Assembly (NCBI GenBank): GCA_963696155.1
Contig: CAVOJC010000003.1
Coordinates: forward strand, 250,970-314,969
Length of the DNA stretch: 64,000 bases
Source of the DNA: an uncultured Gammaproteobacteria bacterium
GTDB taxonomy: Bacteria; Pseudomonadota; Gammaproteobacteria; Xanthomonadales; Xanthomonadaceae
Reading direction: 5' to 3'
Below the pieces are notes generated by a model, which did not search any database, was not told the DNA's origin, and worked only from the letters and a program-made list of their open reading frames with translations. This document shows, in pieces, positions 39,768 through 47,676 of this stretch. Every line of letters starts with the position of its first letter. The stretch's first letter is position 1. The translations under genes and the position numbers were made by a program.

Positions 39768-39781
39768 GGAATAAGTATTCC
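39768..39781. promoter_or_regulatory. Palindrome GGAATA-AG-TATTCC in the divergent promoter region (candidate operator)
   Basis: Perfect 6-2-6 inverted repeat in an AT-rich intergenic stretch. A second AATAA-T-TTATT palindrome lies at 39738-39748. Confidence 0.5.
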
Positions 39782-39806
39782 TGAAGCTTCCAGAAGAGGT
39801 CTGTCA

Positions 39807-41246
39807 ATGAATGTCGTTCCACGCAGCTCGAATCGAGGGCCGCTGCGCCGGCTTCCGCACGCGCTGGTTTTTGCCGCCGTGCTATGGACCGGTTCCGCTG
39901 CCGCGCTGACTGCGGCCACGCCGCCGCCTTCTTTCGCCGGCGTCATCGGGTTGCAGGAAGACTACCTGTCGGCCGCCCACTGGATCTCCCGGGTGCCCGA
40001 TCCGGACCGGGTAATCCTGGACCGTGCCGGGATCGCCGCGCAGAACGCGCGGATGCGGCAGATGGACCGCTCCATCCACGACCTGCGACAGTTGCCAGCG
40101 ATGTTGCCGCAGGCACTGGTGAAGGAGCAGATCAACGCCATTTCCGTTGCGCCGACCCGCGCGCTGTACAGCGTGGAAGGCAAGCAAATCAACGCGGCGC
40201 AGTTGCGCGCGATCAGCAACAACCTCGCGCTGGCAAAGATCCCGGCCACCCGCCCGCTGCAATACGGGCTGGTTACCCATCGCGGCGCGCTGCGTACGTT
40301 CCCGACCTCGTTGCGGGTGTTCAGCACGCCCGGTGACATCGACATCGACCGCTTCCAGGAGTCGGCGCTGTTCCCGGGAGACGCGGTCGCCGTGCTGCAC
40401 GAGAGTGCGGACGGGCAATGGCTGTTCATCGCCAGTGAACGCTACGCGGCCTGGATCGAAAAACGCTTTGTTGGAATCGGCAGCGCCGAGCAGGTATTCG
40501 GCTACGGGCAGAAAGGTCCCTACCGGGTAGTCACCGGCGCCACCGCGTTCACCGCGCATACGCCGGAAGAACCGCGGGTGTCTGGCCTGCAGCTGGAGAT
40601 GGGCGTGCGCGTGCCGGTGCTGGCCGACTGGCCGGCGATAACCCCGGTGAACGGGCAGCAGGCCCATGCCGCGCATGTGATCGAACTGCCGGTGCGCAAC
40701 AACGACGGCAGCCTGGCACTGGTGCCGGCGCTGTTGCCGCGCTCGCAGGACACCGCCAGCGACTACCTGCCTCTGACCCCGCGCAACCTGCTCACGCAGG
40801 CGTTCAAGTTCCTCGGCGAGCGCTATGGCTGGGGCCACTCCTACGACACCCGCGACTGCAGCGGCTTCGTCTCGGAGATCTACCGCAGCTTCGGCGTGCT
40901 GTTGCCACGCAATACCAGCGCGCAGGCGGTGAGCCCGGCGCTGGATCGCGTTGCCCTCGGCGACAAGGACAGCGACGCTCGTCGCAAGGCCGTCGCCGAT
41001 CTTCGTGTCGGCGATCTGATCTATATCCCGGGCCACGTGATGATGGCCATCGGCCGCGTCGATGACACGACCTGGCTGATCCACGACACCTCCGGTGGCA
41101 GCTGGCTCGGTGCCGACGGCAAGCGTGTGCATGCCAATCTCAATGGCGTTTCGGTGACACCGCTGGAACCGATGATGGCCGGCGAAACCGCCACCTACGT
41201 CGACCGCATCACCAACATCCAGCGCATCCTTCCGCAGACCCCTTAA
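39807..41246 (+). CDS. SH3b plus NlpC/P60 peptidase (YkfC-like gamma-D-Glu-diamino acid peptidase), exported
   Basis: YGWG...RDCSGF (Cys), GHVMM (His), IHD. SH3-like region and a signal peptide. Confidence 0.88.
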   Translation: MNVVPRSSNRGPLRRLPHALVFAAVLWTGSAAALTAATPPPSFAGVIGLQEDYLSAAHWISRVPDPDRVILDRAGIAAQNARMRQMDRSIHDLRQLPAMLPQALVKEQINAISVAPTRALYSVEGKQINAAQLRAISNNLALAKIPATRPLQYGLVTHRGALRTFPTSLRVFSTPGDIDIDRFQESALFPGDAVAVLHESADGQWLFIASERYAAWIEKRFVGIGSAEQVFGYGQKGPYRVVTGATAFTAHTPEEPRVSGLQLEMGVRVPVLADWPAITPVNGQQAHAAHVIELPVRNNDGSLALVPALLPRSQDTASDYLPLTPRNLLTQAFKFLGERYGWGHSYDTRDCSGFVSEIYRSFGVLLPRNTSAQAVSPALDRVALGDKDSDARRKAVADLRVGDLIYIPGHVMMAIGRVDDTTWLIHDTSGGSWLGADGKRVHANLNGVSVTPLEPMMAGETATYVDRITNIQRILPQTP

Positions 41247-42343
41247 TGAAGATCACCGATATCGAACTCGGCATGCTGCGCGTGCCGTTGAAAACCCCGT
41301 TCAAGACCGCGCTGCGCACCGTCGAAACCGTGGAGGACGTGGTGGTGCTGATCCGCACCGACAGCGGCCACACCGGCTACGGGGAAGCGCCGGCCACGGC
41401 CGTCATCACCGGCGACACCCATGGCTCGATCATCGAGGCCATCACCACGTTCATCAAGCCGCGGCTGATCGGCGAGGATGTGGCCAACCTCAACCGCATC
41501 TGCGGGCTTATCCAGTCCTCGCTGGAGCGCAATACCAGTGCCAAAGCGGCGGTGGAAATCGCCGTGTACGACCTGTGGGCGCAGCTGCACGGCGCACCGC
41601 TGTACCAGATGCTCGGCGGTGGAGACCCGGTGATCACCACCGACATCACCATCAGCGTGGACTACATCGACAAGATGGTGGCCGATTCGCTGTCGGCGAT
41701 CGAGCGCGGTTTCGAGTCGCTCAAGATCAAGGTCGGCAAGGACCTCGGGCTGGACATCGAGCGGGTCAAGGCCATCCATGCCGCGGTCGAGGGCCGCGCC
41801 CTGCTGCGGCTGGATGCCAACCAGGGCTGGACCGCCAAGCAGGCGGTATTCGCAATGAATGCGCTCGAGAACGCCGGTGTGGTGCTGGAACTGCTGGAGC
41901 AGCCGGTCAAGGCTGCCGACATCAGCGGCATGAAGTACGTCACCGACCGCGTCAACACGCCGGTGATGGCCGATGAAAGCGTGTTCAATCCCTCGCAGGT
42001 GTTCGACCTGATCCAGCAGCGCGCGGCGGACATCATCAACATCAAGCTGATGAAAACCGGCGGCATTTCCAATGCGGTGAAGATCGCCGACATCGCCTCG
42101 ATCTACGGCGTGCAATGCATGATCGGCTGCATGATCGAATCGAGCATCAGCGTTGCCGCCGCCGTTCATCTGGCCGTGGCCAAGAGCGACGTGATCAGCA
42201 AGGTGGATCTGGATGGTCCATCACTGGGCCTGTTCAACCCGGTCGAAGGCGGGGTGATTTTCAACGAGTCGGAGATCACCATCACCGATGCGCCGGGCCT
42301 GGGCATCACCGAAGTGCGCGGGCTGGAGATGCTGAAGCTGTGA
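41246..42343 (+). CDS. L-Ala-D/L-Glu epimerase (enolase superfamily, YkfB/YcjG-like)
   Basis: KIKVG (KxK), DANQG, EQP, DES, NIKL and DLD motifs. TAATG overlap with the NlpC/P60 gene. No signal peptide. Confidence 0.9.
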   Translation: MKITDIELGMLRVPLKTPFKTALRTVETVEDVVVLIRTDSGHTGYGEAPATAVITGDTHGSIIEAITTFIKPRLIGEDVANLNRICGLIQSSLERNTSAKAAVEIAVYDLWAQLHGAPLYQMLGGGDPVITTDITISVDYIDKMVADSLSAIERGFESLKIKVGKDLGLDIERVKAIHAAVEGRALLRLDANQGWTAKQAVFAMNALENAGVVLELLEQPVKAADISGMKYVTDRVNTPVMADESVFNPSQVFDLIQQRAADIINIKLMKTGGISNAVKIADIASIYGVQCMIGCMIESSISVAAAVHLAVAKSDVISKVDLDGPSLGLFNPVEGGVIFNESEITITDAPGLGITEVRGLEMLKL

Positions 42344-42349
42344 TGGCGG

Positions 42350-42760
42350 CGGCGATGGCAGCGGCTCTCCACCCGGTGACCGCTGCCATCGCTCCATCCG
42401 CGTGCGATGCATTCGCCGTTATCCCTGAAGATGGCAACAACCAACTTCAGAGCGGGCTTGCACTTGCCGCGTTCCAACCTGTTGCCGCTGTCGTTGCCGT
42501 GAAGCTTTTGGCCCCGGAGTGGGCCGTAAAGCGAGCCGAGCACCGCAGCGGACCGGCGGGCGAAGAGGCGCACGTGTCTGAGCGCAGCGAGTTGTGCGCC
42601 GGCCCCCGGGCCGCGAGGAGCAAAGGGAACCGATGCGGCTTCATCGCGTCGGATCGCGTTTCGGCTGTGCTTTCTTTTGGTTACTTTTCTTTGCACAAGC
42701 AAAGAAAAGTGACTCGCTCGCCGCAAAGCGGAAGCGAAAGCTTTGGCCCCTGCTCTTCTA
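42350..42760. repeat. Structured intergenic element (multiple hairpins, flanking direct repeat); probable dispersed repeat or MITE-like element
   Basis: 13-bp stem at 42352-42392, 12-bp stem ACTTTTCTTTGC-ACAA-GCAAAGAAAAGT at 42683-42710, and direct repeat AAGCTTT(T)GGCCCC at 42502 and 42738. Confidence 0.65.
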
Positions 42761-42824
42761 TGCAACAGCGCCACAGTAGCCGGCGATCCCGTAGATTCAC
42801 CTCATCACAGCCGACACCCCGCCC

Positions 42825-43673
42825 ATGCACGCCCTGGTGAAAATCCGCTCCGAGCGCGAACAGATGTCTGCGATCGAACGTCGCATTGCCGACTTCATTC
42901 TCGACAACGCCCACCTGTTGCGCGATTACTCCTCGCAGCAGCTGGCCAACGCGCTGGGTATCAGCCAGTCCAGCGTGGTCAAGTTCAGCCAGAAACTGGG
43001 CTTCAAGGGCTATCCCGACCTGAAATATTCGGTGGGTGACGCCGTCGCCCGCGCCAGCAACGGCGAGCATGAAATGGAGCTGCCGCCGGAAGCGGAAAGC
43101 GGCTACCTGCAGATCGCCGAAAGCCTGCGCCGCAGCAAGAGCGCGTGCGAACAGGAAACCCGCGAGGCCAACCGCCAGGCCGACATCGAAACCATCGTCA
43201 CCCTGATCGATGGCGCCCCGAAGGTGTTCATCTACGGCCTGGGCGATGACGGCCTGTACGCCCGCGAGTTCGCCATGCGGCTGTCGCTGCTGGGCATCCT
43301 CACGGTGCAGCATGCCGACCCGGTCCTGATGATGGCCAACCTGTCGGCCGCCCGGCCAGGGGATGTGATGCTGGTGTTCTCCGAATTCGGCAAGCTGCCG
43401 CAGCTGTGGCAGCTTTCGCGCCAGTTCCAGGAAGGTGGCGGCAAGGTGGTGTCGATCACCCGGCACACGGCCAATCCACTGCGGGCCCATGCCGATGCCG
43501 CGCTGGCGATCTGCGCCCACGACCCCGCGCCGCACGTGGCGCAACTGCTGTACCGTTCGTCCCTGCAGCACCTTCTCGATTTCGTGTTCGTGCTGCTGTG
43601 CCATGCCAATCCGGACCGCCAGCGCCAACTCGGCGTGAACCAGGAACGGATCCAGCACCTGATCGACAATTGA
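42825..43673 (+). CDS. MurR/RpiR-family transcriptional regulator
   Basis: HTH (SSQQLANALGISQSSVVKFSQKLGFKGYPDLK) followed by an SIS domain. Confidence 0.92.
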   Translation: MHALVKIRSEREQMSAIERRIADFILDNAHLLRDYSSQQLANALGISQSSVVKFSQKLGFKGYPDLKYSVGDAVARASNGEHEMELPPEAESGYLQIAESLRRSKSACEQETREANRQADIETIVTLIDGAPKVFIYGLGDDGLYAREFAMRLSLLGILTVQHADPVLMMANLSAARPGDVMLVFSEFGKLPQLWQLSRQFQEGGGKVVSITRHTANPLRAHADAALAICAHDPAPHVAQLLYRSSLQHLLDFVFVLLCHANPDRQRQLGVNQERIQHLIDN

Positions 43674-43690
43674 CCGCCGGAGCCTGCCCC

Positions 43691-44470
43691 ATGCCGTCCC
43701 TGTTCCGTAGTGCGACTGGAAGCCTGCTCTCATGCGGCGTGCTGCTGTTTTCAATGATGCTGCCTGCCGCGGCGGCATCTCCGCTGCAGGAAGCACGGCA
43801 ACTGGTGGTGGTGACCTCGGCCGACTGGGACGCATCACACGGCAGGCTGCAGGCGTTCATCCGTGACGCCGGTGGCTGGCAGCCGTATGGCGAAGCGTTC
43901 GATGTGGCACTGGGACGCAGTGGCAGCGCCTGGGGGCTCGGCTTGCATCCGGCGCAGGAGCACGGGCCGCAGAAGCGCGAGGGCGATGGCCGCAGCCCGG
44001 CCGGCGTGTTCACCATCGGCGAGGCCTTCGGCTATGCCCCGCAGCTCGATACCACCATGGCTTACCGGCCGATGCAGCAAAGCAGTTATTGCATCGACGT
44101 TGCCGATTCGCCGCTGTACAACCGCATTGTCGATGCCGACCAGGTCGGTGCCGAGGCGGTGGAAGGGTCCACCGAACCGATGCGGCTGGACCTGCACAAC
44201 AATGGCGACCATCGCTATCGCGAGGGTTTCGTGATCGAGCACAACCCGCGCGCGGTGCCCGGCCAGGGCAGCTGCATTTTCGCCCACCTGTGGCGCAGTG
44301 CCGGTGAGGCGACCGCCGGCTGCACCGCCATGGAGCCGGCGCACATGCATGAATTGCTGACATGGTTGCGGCCGCAGGCACAGCCGCTGTTCGTGCTGTT
44401 GCCACAGGCCGAATACCGGCGCCTGCAGGCGCAGTGGGCGCTGCCCGCGCTGCCGGGGGTGGCACTGTGA
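43691..44470 (+). CDS. L,D-transpeptidase/carboxypeptidase (YkuD fold), exported
   Basis: KREGDGRSPAG and IFAHLW...TAGC catalytic motif. Signal peptide. Confidence 0.8.
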   Translation: MPSLFRSATGSLLSCGVLLFSMMLPAAAASPLQEARQLVVVTSADWDASHGRLQAFIRDAGGWQPYGEAFDVALGRSGSAWGLGLHPAQEHGPQKREGDGRSPAGVFTIGEAFGYAPQLDTTMAYRPMQQSSYCIDVADSPLYNRIVDADQVGAEAVEGSTEPMRLDLHNNGDHRYREGFVIEHNPRAVPGQGSCIFAHLWRSAGEATAGCTAMEPAHMHELLTWLRPQAQPLFVLLPQAEYRRLQAQWALPALPGVAL

Positions 44471-45789
44471 GCACGACCGCCGAAGATCCCAAGCTGATCC
44501 GCGCCGTCAGCCGTTGGCAGATTGTCGGACTGTCGATCAATGACGTCATCGGCAGCGGCATCTACCTGCTGCCGGCGGCCACGGTCGCGCTGCTCGGTGG
44601 CTTCAGCCTGTGGGGCGTGGTGCTGGCCGGCGTTGTGGTCGCCTTGCTGGTGGCGTGCTACGCGCAGGCGGCCAGCTACTACGACCAGCCCGGCGGCAGC
44701 TATCTGTATGCCCGCGATGCGTTTGGTCCGTTCGCCGGCTTCCAGGTCGGGTGGATGATCTGGCTCACCCGCATCGCCTCGGCCGCGGCGTTGTCCAACG
44801 CACTGGCCGATGCCGTCGCGCGCTTCTGGCCGCTGGCGGGCAGTGGCTGGGGCCGGGCATCGGTCATTGTGATCTCGCTGGGCCTGCTCACGGCGATCAA
44901 CGCCATCGGCGTGCGCTCGGCCGCACGCACCGGCGTGGCGCTGGTGATCGGCAAGCTGTTCCCGCTGGCGGTGTTCATCTTCGTCGGCATGTTCTACATC
45001 GACTGGGACCTGGCCTTCAGCGGCCAAGCGGTGGCGCTGCAGGATCCGTCCAAACTGGGCGAAGCGGCGCTGTTGCTGCTCTACGCCTATGCGGGCTTTG
45101 AAAACATTCCGGCCGCCGCCGGCGAATACCGCAATCCACGTCGCGATGTGCCGTTCGCGCTGATCGTCATGATCATCACCGTGACCCTGGTCTACGCCGG
45201 CGCGCAGCTGGTGGCGCAAGGCACGCTGGCCACGCTGGCGGCGTCGGCCACGCCGCTGGCCGATTCGGCCGCCACGTTCGGCGGTCCGGCACTGGCCCTG
45301 CTGCTGACCTTCGGTGCGGTGGTGTCGATCCTCGGCACCAATTCCAACACGATGATGATGGGCCCGCGCTTCCTGTTCGCGCTGGCGCGCGATGGCTACG
45401 GGCCGGAAGTACTGGCGCGCGTGCATCCGCGCTTCCACACGCCGTATGCGGCCATCCTCACCCAGGGCGGCATTGCCCTATTTCTGGCGCTGGCGCCGAT
45501 GCTGATTGAAAACCCCAGCCACAACCCGTTCGTACTGCTGGCCCTGCTGTCGATGGTCACCCGCCTGTTGTCCTACATCGGCACCGCCGCCGCGGTGCTG
45601 GTACTGGCCCGCCGTTACGGCCGGCGCGAAGGCGCCCTGCAGCTGCCCGGTGGGCCGCTGATTCCGGTATTGGCCTTGTTGCTGTGCCTGGCGCTGTTTG
45701 CCAGTGCCAGCTGGCAGAACCTGGTGGCCGCAGCAGTGGCTTTCCTCGCCGGGCTGGTGATCTACCGCTTCCCGCGCACGGTGCGCTAG
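44467..45789 (+). CDS. APC-superfamily amino acid/peptide permease
   Basis: [21 protein letters not shown] and AYAGFE motifs, about 12 TM segments. GTGA overlap with the upstream gene. Confidence 0.9.
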   Translation: MSTTAEDPKLIRAVSRWQIVGLSINDVIGSGIYLLPAATVALLGGFSLWGVVLAGVVVALLVACYAQAASYYDQPGGSYLYARDAFGPFAGFQVGWMIWLTRIASAAALSNALADAVARFWPLAGSGWGRASVIVISLGLLTAINAIGVRSAARTGVALVIGKLFPLAVFIFVGMFYIDWDLAFSGQAVALQDPSKLGEAALLLLYAYAGFENIPAAAGEYRNPRRDVPFALIVMIITVTLVYAGAQLVAQGTLATLAASATPLADSAATFGGPALALLLTFGAVVSILGTNSNTMMMGPRFLFALARDGYGPEVLARVHPRFHTPYAAILTQGGIALFLALAPMLIENPSHNPFVLLALLSMVTRLLSYIGTAAAVLVLARRYGRREGALQLPGGPLIPVLALLLCLALFASASWQNLVAAAVAFLAGLVIYRFPRTVR

Positions 45790-45943
45790 CGCATCCGCAC
45801 CGCGGCGATCGACGGGAAACAGCCACGCACCAGGCAAGGCTGTCCACGCCAGCGCATCCTCCGAACGCCCGCATAGTCGCCCGGTTTTCGCTGCGGTTAA
45901 CGCTTGCCGGCGTAGCCTTTTCTGTCTGGCAAGGAGGTGTGCA

Positions 45944-46270
45944 ATGGGTTCCGAATTCCAGATTCCCGGCCGTAGCCCGGACCGGATCGACCGCGAAGCG
46001 GTATCGCAGTATTGGCATGAGCGCTTCTTCACCGAGTCCTATTACGCCGCGGGCGATCGCTTCGAGCATTTCGAACCGGCGTACCTGGCCGGCCACGAGG
46101 CACGCATCCGCGACTTCAACCTGGCCTACGAGCAGGTGGAGGAAGAGTTGCGCGCCCGCTGGCAACAGAACGGCCACAACGCCCTGGGTTGGGCGCGGGC
46201 GCGGCTGGCGATGCGGCGCGCGTGGGAAGCGGCACTGCTGCTGGACAAAAGCGCCGGACGCGACAAATAG
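45944..46270 (+). CDS. Small hypothetical helical protein
   Basis: Strong RBS AAGGAGG and an aromatic-rich, protein-like sequence (YW.ERF..ESYY...FEPAY..G...W). Confidence 0.7.
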   Translation: MGSEFQIPGRSPDRIDREAVSQYWHERFFTESYYAAGDRFEHFEPAYLAGHEARIRDFNLAYEQVEEELRARWQQNGHNALGWARARLAMRRAWEAALLLDKSAGRDK

Positions 46271-46403
46271 GTTGATCGCTGCCGCCTGGGCGGGTCGGCG
46301 CGCGGAGGTCTGCAGCCACCCCGGTGCGATAGCCGGGCGGTCCTGGCATCGTGTACAACATTCTCCCCTGGTCGCCGCGTGCGACCCACGTCCGGAGAAT
46401 TCC

Positions 46404-47555
46404 ATGAGTCCGAAACTGCTGCTGTCCCTCGCCTGTGCGCTGGCGCCGACCCTGTTCGCCACCGCCTGCGTCGCAGCCGACCAGAGCAGCCCGGCTGCGG
46501 TTGCACGCGCGCATTGGCCGTTCACCGCCACCGAGCTGGGCCGCTTCGACGAGCCTTGGGCGATGAGCTTCCTGCCAGGCGGCAGCCTGCTGATCACGGA
46601 GAAGGCCGGCCGGCTGCAGCATTTCAATCCCGCCACCGGCAAGCGTGCCGAAATTACCGGAATGCCGGCGGTAGCCTACGGTGGTCAAGGCGGCTTGGGT
46701 GACGTGGTGCTGCATCCGGACTTCGCCAGCAATCATTTGATCTATTTCAGCTATGCCGAGGAAGGCGACGACGACACCCGCGGCGCGGCGGTGGCGCGCG
46801 CCACCCTGGCGCTGGATGCCACCGGCGGCGGCGAACTGTCGGGCGTGAAAGTGATCTGGCGGCAGACGCCGAAGGTCTCCGGGCGCGGCCACTATGGCCA
46901 CCGCCTCGCGTTCGGCCCGGATGGCAAGCTCTGGATCAGTTCCAGTGAGCGGCAGAAATTCGATCCGGCCCAGGACATGGGCACCAACCTGGGCAAGATC
47001 ATCCGTCTCAATGACGATGGCAGCGTGCCGGCGGACAATCCGTTCGTCGCCCAGGCTGCGCCCGCCGGCCAGGTCTGGTCGCTCGGCCATCGCAACGCGC
47101 TGGGCATCGCCTTCGATGCGCAGGGACGGCTGTGGGAACACGAGATGGGCCCCAAGGGCGGGGACGAACTCAACCTGATCCAGCGCGGCGGCAACTACGG
47201 TTATCCGCTGGTATCCAACGGCGACCACTACGACGGCCGCGACATTCCCGATCACGCCACCCGGCCGGAGTTCGGTGCACCGAAGATCACCTGGAACCCG
47301 GTGATCTCGCCCGCCGGCTTTATCATCTACAGCGGTGCGCTGTTCCCGCAGTGGCAGGGCAATGGCTTTATCGGCGGCCTGTCGTCCAAGTCGCTGGTAC
47401 GCGTGTCGTTCGAGGGTGACAGCGCGCGCGAGGCCGAACGCTTCGACATGGGTCAACGCATCCGCGAGGTGGAGCAGGGCCCGGATGGCGCGCTGTGGTT
47501 GCTGGAGGACGGCAAGGACGCCCGCTTGCTCAAGCTCACGCAGCGCGGCAGCTGA
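46404..47555 (+). CDS. PQQ-dependent sugar dehydrogenase (soluble GDH/YliI-like beta-propeller)
   Basis: [36 protein letters not shown] and NYGYP motifs. Signal peptide. Confidence 0.9.
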   Translation: MSPKLLLSLACALAPTLFATACVAADQSSPAAVARAHWPFTATELGRFDEPWAMSFLPGGSLLITEKAGRLQHFNPATGKRAEITGMPAVAYGGQGGLGDVVLHPDFASNHLIYFSYAEEGDDDTRGAAVARATLALDATGGGELSGVKVIWRQTPKVSGRGHYGHRLAFGPDGKLWISSSERQKFDPAQDMGTNLGKIIRLNDDGSVPADNPFVAQAAPAGQVWSLGHRNALGIAFDAQGRLWEHEMGPKGGDELNLIQRGGNYGYPLVSNGDHYDGRDIPDHATRPEFGAPKITWNPVISPAGFIIYSGALFPQWQGNGFIGGLSSKSLVRVSFEGDSAREAERFDMGQRIREVEQGPDGALWLLEDGKDARLLKLTQRGS

Positions 47556-47563
47556 TGCGCATG

Positions 47564-47592
47564 CTGCACGGTGACTATCGGTCACCGTGCAG
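47564..47592. terminator. 12-bp perfect hairpin between convergent genes
   Basis: CTGCACGGTGAC-TATCG-GTCACCGTGCAG, with no U-tract. Confidence 0.5.
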
Positions 47593-47676
47593 TCCGCTTG
47601 GACAGCGGCTGGCAGCGGCCCACGGCACGGCCCGCGTTGGAACTGCCATGCGTGCGGCAGTTGTGGCAAGCAACAG

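Noticed and set aside
42166-42774. 202-aa minus-strand ORF (SHFSLLVQRKVTKRK...)
   Set aside because: It is a translation of the palindromic intergenic element plus the antisense of the epimerase end, with no RBS and no domain.
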